From positions 41,877,744 to 41,941,743 of the forward strand of contig NC_081362.1 in assembly GCF_030684315.1 (NCBI RefSeq): 64,000 bases of DNA, read 5' to 3'. This DNA comes from Stegostoma tigrinum (lineage: Eukaryota). The notes below the pieces were generated by a model that did no database searches, was not told the origin of the DNA, and saw only the letters and a list, made by a program, of their open reading frames with translations. A program made the translations under genes and the position numbers. This document shows, piece by piece, positions 37,901 through 51,400 of the stretch; positions within the stretch are counted from its first letter, which is position 1; each line of letters opens with the position of its first letter.

Positions 37901-39770
37901 CCCCATTTGATGAAAAAGTGTTTGGAAATTTGGCTCCATGAATACAGAGATTCTGATTCTAGTTTTGCTTTGGGAGGTATTGGAAACAAAACATGTCGGT
38001 GAAGCTGCAGCTGGTGGTAGATGCATAACCGCCTTACAACATGTGGGGAGGGATTCGTTAATGAGATTGAATGATGTGCTCAGGTCATAGTGGTACTGTG
38101 GTCAGCAACCCAAAATATGCTCAATCAAACAAAAGAAGGACTGGTAATGTGTGGGCATTCATTGATATTGAATTGAAGGTTGACAGACCATAGGCCCATT
38201 GGGCTGGTTATTAACATTGGTTATTAATAATTGGTTATTAATCTCCACAACTCCCTCATCTGCTCCACACTCCCCGCTAGCCCCACCACCCTGGCACTTT
38301 TCCCTGCAACCGTTGTGTTCCTCCAGCTCCACACTGTGTTATCTCTGATCCAGCATTACTACCTCCAGGTTGGTTTTTAAGCCCTGTTTTGAGCATCAAC
38401 AGTGTTTCACAATTGCAGACGACTTGCTGGCGTTTGATTAAAGGTTGGTCATTCCAGCTTGCATGGAAAGATATTCTAGATTTTTGGAGATTACCCAGTA
38501 CAATGCCATGTTTTTGTTGTCTGTGTAAGGTTCACAAAAGAGATGGAGGACCTCATTGGTGACTGTGAAATTTACAGTATTCATAGGGCTAAGCACAGAA
38601 TGACTGATCCCCACTACCAGCCCCAATAGGCTGTGGGGATAAGTGGGAAACTGTTTACATGAACAAACCCATTCTTGTTGGATAGAGGTGAAAAAGTTAT
38701 ATATCACATCAGAAGCTGTTATCAAGGCTTTGCATGAAATATTCACCACACATGGAATCTCTGATGAGCTTGTGTCAGATATTAGATGATTTATTAATGA
38801 GTTACATCCAGTTTTCAGCCAGTTCCTGGGCTTGAACATGTACCAAGTTCACTGTGATAGCCACAGCTGAATGGAGAAGTTGAACATGGGGTTCAGATAG
38901 TTGAATTCCTTTTATAGAAAAATGTTGACTTTTCTATAGCCCTGTTAAACTATTGGTTCACCCCACTCCATCATGACTTATCACCAGCAGAATTACTGCT
39001 GGGTAGAAAACCAAATGGTCAACTTCATAGTTGAGTCTACCAACTATAAGAATGTTCGTAAGAAGGAATAGTCTCACTAGGAGCAGAAAGCTATTCATTA
39101 TAATAAGCTATCAGCATGCATCATGGTTTAAAAGGTCATTCATGAGGCAGTCTTACGGCAGCAATTATATCTTGTCCATACAGCTGAGGAAGGTTTATGG
39201 AGGAATGACAGACAGGAACCTATTCCCTTACAAAGAAACTGTTCATCAATGATTGATTGAGGAAAACCCAATGAGCAACATCATAATAAGGACATTCTGC
39301 AGACGATGCAAAGTTAAGATCAGAATTAACAATATGATCAGACTCAAGGTCAATAGTCCTCAAGCAAAAGACCTAACACTATTTCAAGTCTGATGACTGG
39401 TTAAGTGGGTGAAATCAGAGACTGGAAGGGAGATGGGATAGTGGTAATTGTAATGATATACATAAATATATAAATATTAACAACAAGGGGAAAAGGCTGA
39501 GGGGAGATTTTTTTACAAGGTAGTTTTTCTGTAAGGGTTAATATTAGGATCTGCATTCAGCTCCACTCAGTCTAATGATGACATACAGTCTTGGGTAGGG
39601 AAATCAGTAGAATAACTTGGGGTCTTGTATCATCTATGTGTTCCAACAGTCTTACTAACAATATCTCACTAGCTAATGTAAGTTAATTGCAGTCATAAAA
39701 TGTATTAGATCTTGTTAAGACAAAGGCTTCTTCTTGTTAAGACTCTCTTGTAGCTATTCCTCTGGCACGG
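34940..39770 (+). mobile_element. Highly decayed Ty3/Gypsy LTR retrotransposon
   Basis: RNase H KQAFLVTWACERFSKY...EMDHK (~37800-37895); integrase ITSEAVIKALHEIFTTHGISDELVSD (38703-38780) and PQLNGEVE...ALLNYWFTPL...SPAELLLGRK (38861-39010); PPT GGAAGGGAGA at ~39424-39433; related LTR segments ~34960-35180 and ~39530-39735 (shared TCTAATGATG.CATACA.TCTT, GCTAATGTAA, GTCATAAAA). LTR ends are approximate. Confidence 0.75.
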
Positions 39771-40162
39771 TGAAGCAAATTTCCCCTTAGACCAAATCTA
39801 GAGGAACAGTTGCATCATCCTCTTATCAACTGCCACAGAAATGGAACTGTGAATTGAATGAAGTTCTACATTCTAGTGAAATATGTTGTTTGCTCTTCCT
39901 TTTGCACCCTTAGTTGCTTACTAAATAATACCAAGCTGAAATATATTGTCTGTCAAAGTTTATTTGACCATCAGCTAAAGAGGTTTTACTGCTACTTTTT
40001 CTGGTATTTTAATAGTGAATTGCATTATTGTTCATCACAGCAAGTACTTCCCCACCATCCCTATTATTTCAAACTCATAGGAAGTTTAAGCACTGAAAGG
40101 TGTTAGGCAGTACCAAATTTTAGCATTCACCATATAGGAATTCTCAGACATAGCACATTATA

Positions 40163-40260
40163 TCTCTGATGAAGGGTCTGGGCCCGAGGCATCGGCTTTT
40201 GTGCTCCTGAGATGCTGCTGGGCCTGCTGTATTCATCCAGCCTCACATTTCGTTATCTTA
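40163..40260 (+). mobile_element. Isolated Penelope terminal repeat with mutated hammerhead core
   Basis: CTGATGA-A-GGG-TCTGGG-CCC-GAGGC-ATC, then GCTCCTGAGATGCTGCTGGGCCTGCTGTATTCATCCAGC. Confidence 0.75.
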
Positions 40261-40864
40261 TATCTCTGTCCATTCATTTTTAATATTTATCTTAAATGGG
40301 CTACAGTTCACCATCCTCAAGAATTTTACTTCCATCCACTTTGTTCTAGAACAGGAAGTTACCCCTCCTGTCTTTGATACTTTGCTTGGTTTGCTATAAT
40401 TTAAGGGTTGCTTTTTGATAGTAGTTGATCCTTTGGTAATTAACATTTATACACCATCATGTTGCTAATTAAGGCTGTTTAACCCAATTGGCTAGATGGT
40501 TATCAGGTGGTTTAGAATAATGCAAATGATATGTGTTTAGTTCCTGTTCTGATTGAGATTAACACAAACCCTGCTTTCGCATCCTACTCCTGACAGTGGA
40601 AAACTGTGGCAAACCACCATTGACAAACAGCATTGAGAAAACAGCTCAAGATGTAGCATAAGCAGACAAGAGCCAAAGCAACCTTCAGACAGAACACACA
40701 TGACATGTGTTCTACTGTCTTGGCCATTCAGTGCAAGTTTCTATAACATGCTCTTGTGTTGATACTTTTATGTATTTTTTTAAGCCTAATGAGAGTTTTT
40801 TTTTGCTGTGGTTATCCTGCAGTTTATGAATTGTTGTGTGAAGATTTCAGATGTACATTAATAT

Positions 40865-41206
40865 GGAATGGCACAGTGGTTTGCACTGCTGTCTCACAGC
40901 ACTAGGGACGTGGGTTCAATCCCAAACTCCAGTGACTGTCTGTTTGGACTTTGCATATTCTCCCCATGTCTGTGTGGGTTTCTTTTGGGTGCTCTGGTTT
41001 CCTTCCACAGCCAAAGATTGCAGGTTAGTTGGATTGGTCATGCTAAATTGCCCAATGGGTCCAGAGATTTGTAGGTTATGTGGATTAGCCATGGGAAATG
41101 CAGAGTGATAGGGTGGTGGGTAAGTCTGGATAGGATGCTCTTTGGAGAGTTGGTGTGGACTTGTTGGGCCAAATGGCCTGTTTCCACACACAGCAGGGAT
41201 TCTATA
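40865..41206 (+). mobile_element. HE1-type SINE
   Basis: tRNA-like head, core and GGCCTGTTTCCACAC...GGGATTCTA tail. Confidence 0.85.
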
Positions 41207-41286
41207 TTAAAAACAAAAAGAGGGATTGAAGCCCAAGAATCAAGCTGTTGGGATGCGACTAATTTCAGTCAGTCATTTCACATTGC

Positions 41287-41392
41287 AGTTCTGAGGAAGG
41301 GTCACTGGACCTGAAGCATTAACTCTAGGTTTTTTTCCTTGACAGATGCTGCCAGACCTGCTGACCTTTTCCAGCAACTTTGTTTTTATTCA
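41287..41392 (+). mobile_element. Penelope terminal repeat with hammerhead-like core
   Basis: AGTT-CTGAGGA-A-GGGTC-ACTG-GACCT-GAAG-CATT-AACT, then CAGATGCTGCCAGACCTGCTGA. Confidence 0.75.
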
Positions 41393-41529
41393 CACAGCCT
41401 ATTGTAATATTCCAGTATGAACTCACATTTTGAAAACATATAGATTTTGTGTCTTGTATCCTGGTGAATTGAGAAATTTATTTTTCAATGTTTTTAGGGT
41501 TATAGCATGCATTATATATTAGCCTTGAA

Positions 41530-42790
41530 TATACTACTGATCTAACATTTCAATCCCTCCATGGTAAAGAATTCCACAAATTCGCTGTCCACTAAAAGAA
41601 GAAATTCCCCCTCATCTCTGTCTCAGATAGGTGAGACGTTACTTTGAGATTATGCACTCTGATCCTTAACTATCTCTCAAGGGGAGATAACTTCACTTCA
41701 TCTGTTCCATCAAGACCCCACAGAATCTAGTATGTTTCAATAAAGTCATCTCTCATTCTTCATACTCTCTCTCAATCTCTCCTTGTATGACAATCCCTCC
41801 ATATTCAGAACCAACTGAGTGAAACTTCTCTGGATTACTTCCAATGCCAGTGTATGTTACCTCGGATTAGGGGAACAAACTGTTCATTCTTTTTTCAGGT
41901 GTGATTTATTTATGAAGACTCCCAAATTCCTGTGTGCTGCAACTTTCTGCAGTGTTTCTCTATTCAAGTAATATTCAGATTCTCTTCTTCTTCTTCTTCC
42001 CAATGTGCATAGTCTCCCATTTTCCCTGATTGTGTCCCATCTGTCAAGTTTTTGCCCCCTTGCTTAACCTGCAAACTCTTCTTCACTACTTACTTTCCCA
42101 ACCACTTTTGTGTCATCCACAAACTTGGTGATAGTATGTTCACTTCCCTCATTCAAGTCATTAATATCTATTATAAATATTTGTGACTGCAGCACTGATA
42201 TTGCCATTCCGAAAACATCCCCATTAACCAACTCTCTGTCATATCAATTCACCAATCCATTATACATGCTAATATACTGCCCAAATACCATGCATTATTA
42301 TCTTATTAAGTAGCCTAATGTGTAGTACCCTATCAAATGCCTTCCGGAAATCCAAATATAATATCATAGAAACAGGCTCTTTGGCCCAACAAGTCCACAC
42401 TGATCCTCAGAGAATCCCACCCAGACCCATCCCCCTATAACCCACCTAATCTACACATCCCTGAACACTATGGGCAATTTACCACAGCCAATCCACCTAG
42501 CCTACACAGCTTTGGACTGTGGGAGGAAACTGGAGCATCCGGAGGAAACCCACGCTAACACAGGGAGAATGTGCAAACTCTACAGAGACAGTCGCCTGAT
42601 GGTGGAATTGAACCTGGGTCCCTGGTGCTATAAGGCCACCGTGAGCCACCGTGCATCCACTGCTTTCCCTTTATCTATTCTGCTTGTTATCTCCTCAAAT
42701 GAATTCTAATACATTTGTTAGGTTTATTTTTTCCATCAAGAAGTCATCCTAATTTTTCCTGATTGCATGATGTATTTCCAAAATCTGTCA
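41530..42790 (-). mobile_element. Old CR1 LINE fragment interrupted by a SINE
   Basis: Decayed antisense CR1 ORF2 (GTGTCATCCACAAACTTG around the F.DD motif; ATCAAATGCCTTCCGGAAATCCAAATA = YLDFRKAFD on minus). Confidence 0.65.
42365..42654 (-). mobile_element. HE1-type SINE
   Basis: Reverse complement of the HE1 tail and core, with partial head. Confidence 0.8.
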
Positions 42791-42859
42791 AAAGGAGTGT
42801 GAATATCTGCAGCACATCTTATAGTTGGTACACACTATCCATTAGCACAGATAGTGGCT

Positions 42860-45430
42860 TCAATGGTGAAAGGAATTAATTTTGACCAAGGCAGATGGGG
42901 TGCCAATTAAGTGAGTGGCTTTGTCCTGGAACGGTGTCCAGCATCTCCTAGCATCTGACCACCCTTGCAGCCATATTATTTAAATGGCTGGTCCAGTTCA
43001 TTTTCTAGTCAATGGTAACTCCCAGATAATGAGGGTTTCAGTGACTGTAATGCCAACGAGTGTCAAGGGGTGATGTTTATATTCTCCCTTGCCATCACTT
43101 GCCCTTTAGAAGGTGATGGTGAAGCATCTTCTTGAGTCACTGCAGTCTATGTGATGTAGGTACACCTGAAGTGCTTTTTATGGAGGGACATTGATGATTT
43201 TGACACAACAATGAAAGAATGGTGATATAGTTTCCACGTCAGAATGATATGCAATTTTAGGGGGAACTTGTAGACAGTGGTGAACAAATGTGTGAAAAAT
43301 TGCTGTTGAAGGACATTTGCTGAGATATTGCTAAAAATTGTATAATTGGTATGTAATGCTGCCTTTTTGCATCAGTATGGAAGGAATAAATGCTTCACAT
43401 GTTGGGTGTATAGCTGATCATATAATTTGCTTTGTCCTGTTTGATGTCAAACTTACCAAATGCTGAAGAACTGATGGTTGGATTATCTCTTGTTACCATG
43501 AACATCTACTAGCAATTATGTGGTGCAAATGCTACTTGTCATTTATCACCCTGACCCTGAATTTTGCATGTGAACACCATTGGATGAGTTGCATTGGTGC
43601 TGAATATTGTGCAATCATTAGTGAGCATTTCCATGTCTGATCATATAATGGAAGGAAAGTCATGGATGAAGCAGCTGAAGATTGTTAGGTCGAGAACACT
43701 AATATGAGGAACTCCTTCAATAATATCCCAAGGTTGAGATACCTGGCCTCAAACAATCACAAACGGTGTCCTTTGTACTTAGTGTGAATCCAACCAGTGG
43801 AGAATGTTAAGTAGTTTTCTATTGACTTCAGTTTTGCTATAGCTCCCTAATGCTAATACAGTGAGTAGTTTATTGCTGAGTAAATACCACTGATGGCACT
43901 ATGGATGACATCTTCTATTACTTTCCCCTGGTTTAATTTCTTTGGCATCTTGTGAATTCGATGTACCTGGACAATTTTCTACTATGTGAGATGACTGTCC
44001 GTATTGTACCATATTGAAAGAGCTTTACTACAGTTATAGTTAGTTCTGGAGCATATGTCATCAACATTTCAACTGGTTTGTTGTCAGATCCATAACTTCT
44101 ACTGTATTTTGTGTGCTTCGCTATTTCTTGATATCCTGTGGAGTGAACCACATTGTCTGGGGACTAGTATCACTGATGCTGGGGACCTTAGGAGGTAATT
44201 GAGATGGATCATCCTCTCAGGATTTCTAGTTTAAGATGATTGTAAATGTTTCAACCTGGCCTTTTTACACTCCAAACTTGGCGTCATTGGGGTTGAGGAA
44301 CTTTCTGGAGGCTCCTCTTCTAGTTAGTTATTTAAATATCCATCACCAGTCACCATTGGATATGGCAGGATTACAGAGTTTTGATCTGATCTATTGGTTG
44401 TGGGATTGCTCAGCACTCTCTATGGAATGCTGCTGCTGCTGTATAAAATGCATGTGGTCCTTTTGTTGTAGCTTCACCAGGTTGGCTCACTTTTAGGTAC
44501 GCATGAATGTATTCCTGGCAAGCTTCCCTATTTTCTTTATTCTGTTATAGTTGAACTATCATTTGATGGTAATGATAGTGTGCTGCATATACTGGGTCAT
44601 GAGGTTATAGGTTGTGGTGGAATGCAATTTCATTGTTACTGATGGTCTACAGATTTCATGAGTGCCTACTTTTGAGCTGTTAGGTCTGTTCTGAGTCTAT
44701 CCCATTTAGCCCAATGGCATAGCCATACAACAAAGATGAAAGGTGTCTTGCGAAGATGGGACTTCATCTCGACCAGAAATGTTCACTGGTAACTCCCACC
44801 AGAATGGATGGATGGACCTTCTGTGATAGATTAGAGAGAATGAGATCATAGAATTTTATCCCTCTTGTTCATTTTCTTACAAACTGCTGCAGGTATAGTC
44901 TGGCAGATAAATCTCTCAGGACTTGCCCAGGTCAACCAGTAAAAGTATTACTGAGCCACTCTTGTTGGGAGCATTGAGATCCCCCAACCAAAGTATATTC
45001 TGTTTCTGCACTGCCCTCGTTTCCAAGTGATGTTCAGTGTGAAACATCACTGCTTCTGCAGCTGAGAGGTTAGGATGCATAGAGGCAGAAGGGATGTGTT
45101 GTAACCAGGAGGAGGTTTCCTTGCCCACTGTTTGGTCTGATGCTATCTGACTTCATGGTATGTAGAGTCAATGTTAGGGATACCCAGGAACATTCCCTCT
45201 CAATGACAGAGCACTGTATTGTATCATCTCCTCAGGTGAGTTTGTCCTGCTTGTGACGTAACCAGGCTGTTTAGGAATGAGTCTGGGATGGTAGCTGAAA
45301 TGTATGATTCTACACATATGACTTTTGTGAGCTGTTGCTTGATTGGTCTGTCAGACAATTTTCTAACTCTCTCAATATTGGCACATTCCCTACATCAATG
45401 AAAAATACTCTGCAGGGTCAATGTAGCTGG
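42860..45430 (-). mobile_element. Old CR1-group LINE ORF2 remnant (endonuclease and RT)
   Basis: Minus: QNILWLGDLNA (APE domain, ~44970-45010) and degenerate VP..SVL.LTIFSCFIHDFPSII...TND (RT, ~43600-43715). Confidence 0.6.
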
Positions 45431-48400
45431 CTTTGCCTTTGCCATATCCATTACTTAGGTCAGAGTCATCTGTTTCACGTTTTTGTTTTACTCTTTCATA
45501 GCAGTGGTTTGCTAGGTCACTTCAGAGTCAGCTTCATTCCTGTCAGTCTGGCTACATACTGGTCGAAATGGATAAAACAGGTCTCCTGTACAATGACATC
45601 AGTAAACAAGATGAACAACCTAACATTTTAATCCAGGTTTATTTAATTTACTGATTTAAATACCCTACCTGCTGCAGTGTGATTTTAAACTCAGGCCTCT
45701 ACAGCATTAATCCAGACCACTGTATTACTCAAATGCAACCACAAACATCAACTCTAATTCTCTCTCACCAAATATTTCCAGACTCCTGAGCACTTCCAGC
45801 ATTTTCAGTTCTGGAATACCACTTCAGTAAAATCAAATGTGCTACAATTCTTGAGAACCCAAGTTGATTCAGTATTAGTCATCATTCCAGTACATGTGCC
45901 ATCCGCTTTATTTCCTGTTGTAGAAATAATAGTCCCTATTCTATGCCAGCCTTCTCTGAGGTTAAGGATATTTGTCAATATAACTAATATTTCTACTGTA
46001 CAAATCGATACAGGAGTCCTTATAAATACTGAAGTTCTACACCCATTTTAATTCAGAAAGCACTCATACCCAGGTTTTCTCTTGAACTTGTTGCAGAAAT
46101 ACGTTGCAGTAACAAAGGTTTTGAACTTTGTGTTTGGATTGTTTGGCAATTTGTTTAAATCGTTTCTAATATTGTCCTGGTGTCATTCTTTTTGAGCTTC
46201 ATATATCTTGATTAGTTCCTTGGTCAGTGTGCGGCATGCAAAAAGCGGTGAGTTGATCAGGCAAATCATTATAACCTGATGTTTGCATCGCTTGGGAAAA
46301 CATTTGGAACTTTAATTCTTTGAACTTCGAATAGAAATAGTTTTTGTAATCTCATACATTTACAGTAAAACTCATTTATTTTAAATCATTTGTTTCTTCA
46401 GTTGAGCTGAAAGCGTTTCTCATTATAGTTTCCTCATCCTTATTATTGAATCGGTAATTGATGATTATTACCAACTTGGTAAGAATTTGATTCGACATGA
46501 GATAATCGAAATTGTAATCGTGAGTTACAATTTTCACAACTCCTTCGAACATTTGAAGCACATGAACTTTTGTGATACCATTACTATAGAGATCTTCAAT
46601 ATTTTATTGTGATCTGATTGTTTTAGCAACAGACCTCCCGTCGATTGGCGTTTGACCAGGAGTCTAACGCATTGTGGTTGATGTGTGCTTCTGTGACCTG
46701 ATTGTGTGGTTATGGGTACAGTATGAATGTATAGTGCTGCCTTTGCCCTGTTGATGGCGCGCGTTCATTACAAACTGCTGGACAGTGCAGCACCTCTGAC
46801 AAAGAAATACAAACTCCCCTTTTCCCTCTGCCAATCTGCTCACCGCTGAAAAGCGTGCTTGTGCCTTATCTGAGTTGATCTAAAGCATAACTTATTCAAT
46901 TTATCTGCATAAAATTGAAATTGATCTTTATCGTTCGCTGTCTCCTATTCTCTTTGATCTGCAATATTCCTGATTAGCAACTAAGCACGAAACCCTTTCA
47001 AAACTAATCCTATATTGGGTATAACCCTTCTTAAAAACAGGTACTCAAAGAAAATAAACAATTTCAATAATCAGCAAACTTTTGTTTTAAACTACATTCA
47101 GTATTAAATATTTTCGGATACTACAGAGGAATAGAACTAAGTTTAAGTCTTATAGACCGAACATATGCGTATGTATATGTGCACATAAATTGTAGTTATT
47201 AACAGAAATGTTATCATTGTATCTCTGCTAATATACATAATAACGTAAATCATTGGAGGTTCATTTAAAATACAATGTAGCCGATGCAGAATATTAATTT
47301 ACGTGTTTCTATTTTAACCTCAGCGCTGCAAAACCACGCTTGATTTTTTTTTGAGAAGTTGCTTCGGTTGATTTTTATTTGTCCGTTCTCTACATTCCAA
47401 AGGTGAAGGATTTGGGTTTAAGTTGCGGGATCTTCAGCCAATTCCCACCCGAGACATGTCGAAGAACGGCCAAGCTTCCGAAACAAAATCCCACTTTTCA
47501 CGCGTGAGATAAATTTGTGGTCCCATGTGTGTGATCACAGCCTCCTCATTTGTCATCATAACAACCGTTTAGTGTAAAATTAACAACAACTTAACTACAC
47601 CAGTTATAAACAAGATCATGCATTACGATAGATTGATGGACAGTGGGCAGCAATAATCAGCCAAGTATAGTATGAAACAAACGATAAAAAAGTAAAATAC
47701 ATCGTGTTTAATTGACTTTTCACATGCCCGGCTCTGCAATGTCAGTTAAATATAAGAGGTGTAAATGCCTGAGCAATAAGAAATAATGTATCTGTTAATT
47801 TCTACGTATATTTTGTTTGATGATCCTAAATTCATTATTTTAAACTTAAGCAACATTCACACATTGGTTTCTGCATTTTGCACAATGCAACAGGGTTGTA
47901 TATCTATGTAAAACTTATATATATATATGTATTTCCATACGTTTAATTTATAACTTGTGGCTATGTATAACATAACTTACTACTCACTTTTAGGTTTTGC
48001 AAATAATAGCATTCTACACATTAATATTCTTTCGCTGTGTAATACATTTAAGTGATGTGGAAGAAATATATGAAATTTACTTTCATTAATTACACAACAG
48101 TATTCCCGACTTAAAATGTTTCAAATGTAATACGGTTTATCGTTAGGGAGGGTAGGAGAGAACGTGTAACGTATTCCTCCGTCTTCCTTCCAAATCCCGT
48201 CAACAAGCACATTACAAACGAATTAAAGGAAATGGACAAAACGTAAGATTTATTCAGACTTTTTTTGGTCAAGTAATCCGTTTTGATTACCGCTAATGCT
48301 TGCCAACACGCGGATCATAGACCCACCCGTTCCACAGTATGATAGTACCCAGTGCGAAATCCTCACATTAATATTCATTGTCAGCCGCCGATTTAAACCT

Positions 48401-51400
48401 GTGCTGATGATTGAATTGCTAGATCTGACGATTGTGTTTAAAAAAATATATTCTGCCGTAGATGGGACTTTAAGTTAATATTTCTTTGACTTTAAGCCAT
48501 TGAATTTCTAACAAAAAGCAAATAACACAGTAAATGCCTTTTATTCAGTTATTGTTTTATAATTTATGTGGGCATCACCAATGATCTGCTTACATATACA
48601 TTAGAAAACAACAGCGCATTATATAACATCACAACGCAACTGACGAAAGATGGTTGACCATCAGGTGCGGACAGGTGGGCTGTATAGAACACTCCTGAAG
48701 AATTCAAGTTTTTTTTAATTAAATGAGTTTAGGAGCTTTGGTTATTTGGAACGATTCCAATGCCTTCTGTAGCGGTTAGCGGGTGTATACAATTAATTTA
48801 GATTCTGATTGTAAATGAAACAGTCTCCTTACTGCGCTACACCCAAAATATTGTTTGCCAGACTGTGTTTCAGGTGTTACATCTTTATATAACAATGTAA
48901 AGAGGCTCTAACAAATATCCAGTTTTCTTTTTGTCTTACAATGGCCGGGTCCATAATTCGTTTATTGCGTATATATAGAAAATGGCTGGAAATACTTGCT
49001 TCCACGTTTTGACCCAGCATTCCAAATAGCAGGAATATGTTTTCAAACAAGTACCGCAATTCAAAGTTAACCTCCTACGTAAAGTGGTAGCTGGCCGTTG
49101 AAAATATGCAGTTAGTGTTAGTAACTATGTTTTTTTTGTGTGTGGCAGTGCACGACTATAATTCAACTCTAACAACAGGCTGGCTGAGTGCAGTCCCCCT
49201 GAAAGGGTCGATGCAGGGCTTGGCAAACGTAACCTCTTGGCTCTATGCGCCGTCCATCTGTCTGCACTTGAGTCCAGACAGATTCAATAGGTCCTTGTAT
49301 GCTCCTGTCTGGCCGCAAAAAGGTGAAATGGTCTGCATTAAGTCTAACTCAACATTCAAGTGTTTACCATAGTAGTGACCGTTGGATTAAAATAAACTCA
49401 AATGATGTGCAAGAGAGGCTTCTCCCGTGATGTATAGAGATTTCAGAATTATAAACGCAAAATAATTGAGACTGTCTTAAATGAAAAATTCAACCCATAC
49501 CTACAGAAATTATGGGCCAACAAAACATCTGTAAAATAAATTATCATGGAGGAAATAACAAATGATAGGATGTTCTTATACATTAAAAGAAAGTAAAATC
49601 GTTTTGAAATCCACCCAAATTAAGTGGATTAAGAAGGTCAATTAGATTTGACATTTTTTTTCAAAAGTGACCGAAGTTGCACAACTTTAAATTGAGGCAA
49701 AAACAAATGGCTCCTCGCAGGAAATTATACACATAAACGTTAAAAATAGGTCCAATTAAGTAGAGAGACGTTAGACGTTAGGTTACTGGAAAGACAGCTA
49801 TGTGCTGGAGACTGCACAAGATCAGCTGATGAGTAATGTACAAGTCGCTATATCTTTGCAAAATAAATAGCCGCGAGAAAATATCTAAATGACACATATA
49901 GAGCAGCTTTGGTATTTGGGTCTAATCCTTTAGACAATTTAAGGGAAACAAATGAGAAAAAATATGTTTGGTACAACTGGTTGTAAGGTTTCTTTAAGGA
50001 AGATGTAGTTTGCAATGGATGATTTCTAGGTTTTGGTAGTGGAGACCAAAATGCTCAATATATATCTAAGCTAATGAAAGGTACTTGTTTTCATGTCATT
50101 TGGTGGAAGCCAAAATCCAGTTTTACTAGTTTTTTTCACACCTGGACGGCAAGGCGGGGGAGGGGAGAGGGAACGCAATACAAATCCAGCTACAGACAAA
50201 ACAATCTTTGTTGTGCTACTACCTCTCGGTTGCCTGTCTCATCTTGAACAAAGGCAATGAATATTATAGCACCAGATCCATATGTATAACAGAGCACACA
50301 GCATGCATGCCACCAATTACGTTTGGATTGTACAGCAGGGGCATTTCAAACGCTACACTTTCTCACTCAATTTTGTATGCCAAGACACAGATCTTTTGTT
50401 CGCGATTAGTTTTGGTACAAAGCCTACACGATTTGCACTTCTGAATATAGTGCAAACGTCATCTGAACGCTTTCTGCTCAAGTGCCTCCTAATATGTGGG
50501 ATGGAATATGGAAGCTTGTAATTGACACTCATTTTTACTGGCAAGCGCTGGCACGTCTTCAAGACTGTGCAGACAATACTGAAAACATCGCTAAGTTCGC
50601 CTTTTTCAATGGGTGCTGCGACGAACCTGTGCAATAAAGCTCGCTGGAACTGTGGTAAAGAGAAAATATTTGAAGGAAAGTGGTTTCGTCTTGCAAATAG
50701 ATCCGTCTTGTCAACAGACAGACTTCAAACAGTGCAGCCACTTTAATATAGTGGAAGTCACATGCCACAACTGTCCACTGCGTTCAAATGCTTCTTCAAA
50801 TTTATTGTCCCTTATATTAAAACGCGCTTCGAAGTTAAACGTCACAGGGTGATCAATTAGTTACTCAACAATTAGTTGTTGCATTGCAAACCAAAAACTC
50901 TGACTTTATCTTCCTGACAACTGAATTAAACTTCCGAATTATGCAAGCTGTTGACCACTGACCGCAGAAGCTATGTAGATTATGCGAAACATTTGATTAC
51001 AATCAGCAACAACAAGGCGCTGATCACCGAGCAAAGGTTGGCGGCGGCGCTAGGGGTACTCCTGCAAGTCCCGGACAGAAAACAAAGGTTATATATATAT
51101 ATATATATATATAAAGTACATTTGCTGAATGATCTAAGAGACGGGGGGTAAAAATAATGACAAAGCAGCAGAAGGATTTGATTTATTTTGCGAATGGATC
51201 GAGACTGCTAATGTCTGATCATTTACATATTGAAATGCGACCAAGCGGACACTCAATTTTCCTGCCCATGTTTTGCACATGGCTCTCTCGATTTTCAAGC
51301 AGCCAGGTTACCTCGCAACGCCCCTTGAGGAGGTCAGGCGGTCGATTCCGCGTTGATCAATTTTGACTGCAAGGCATCAACATTATGAAAAACACCCTGG

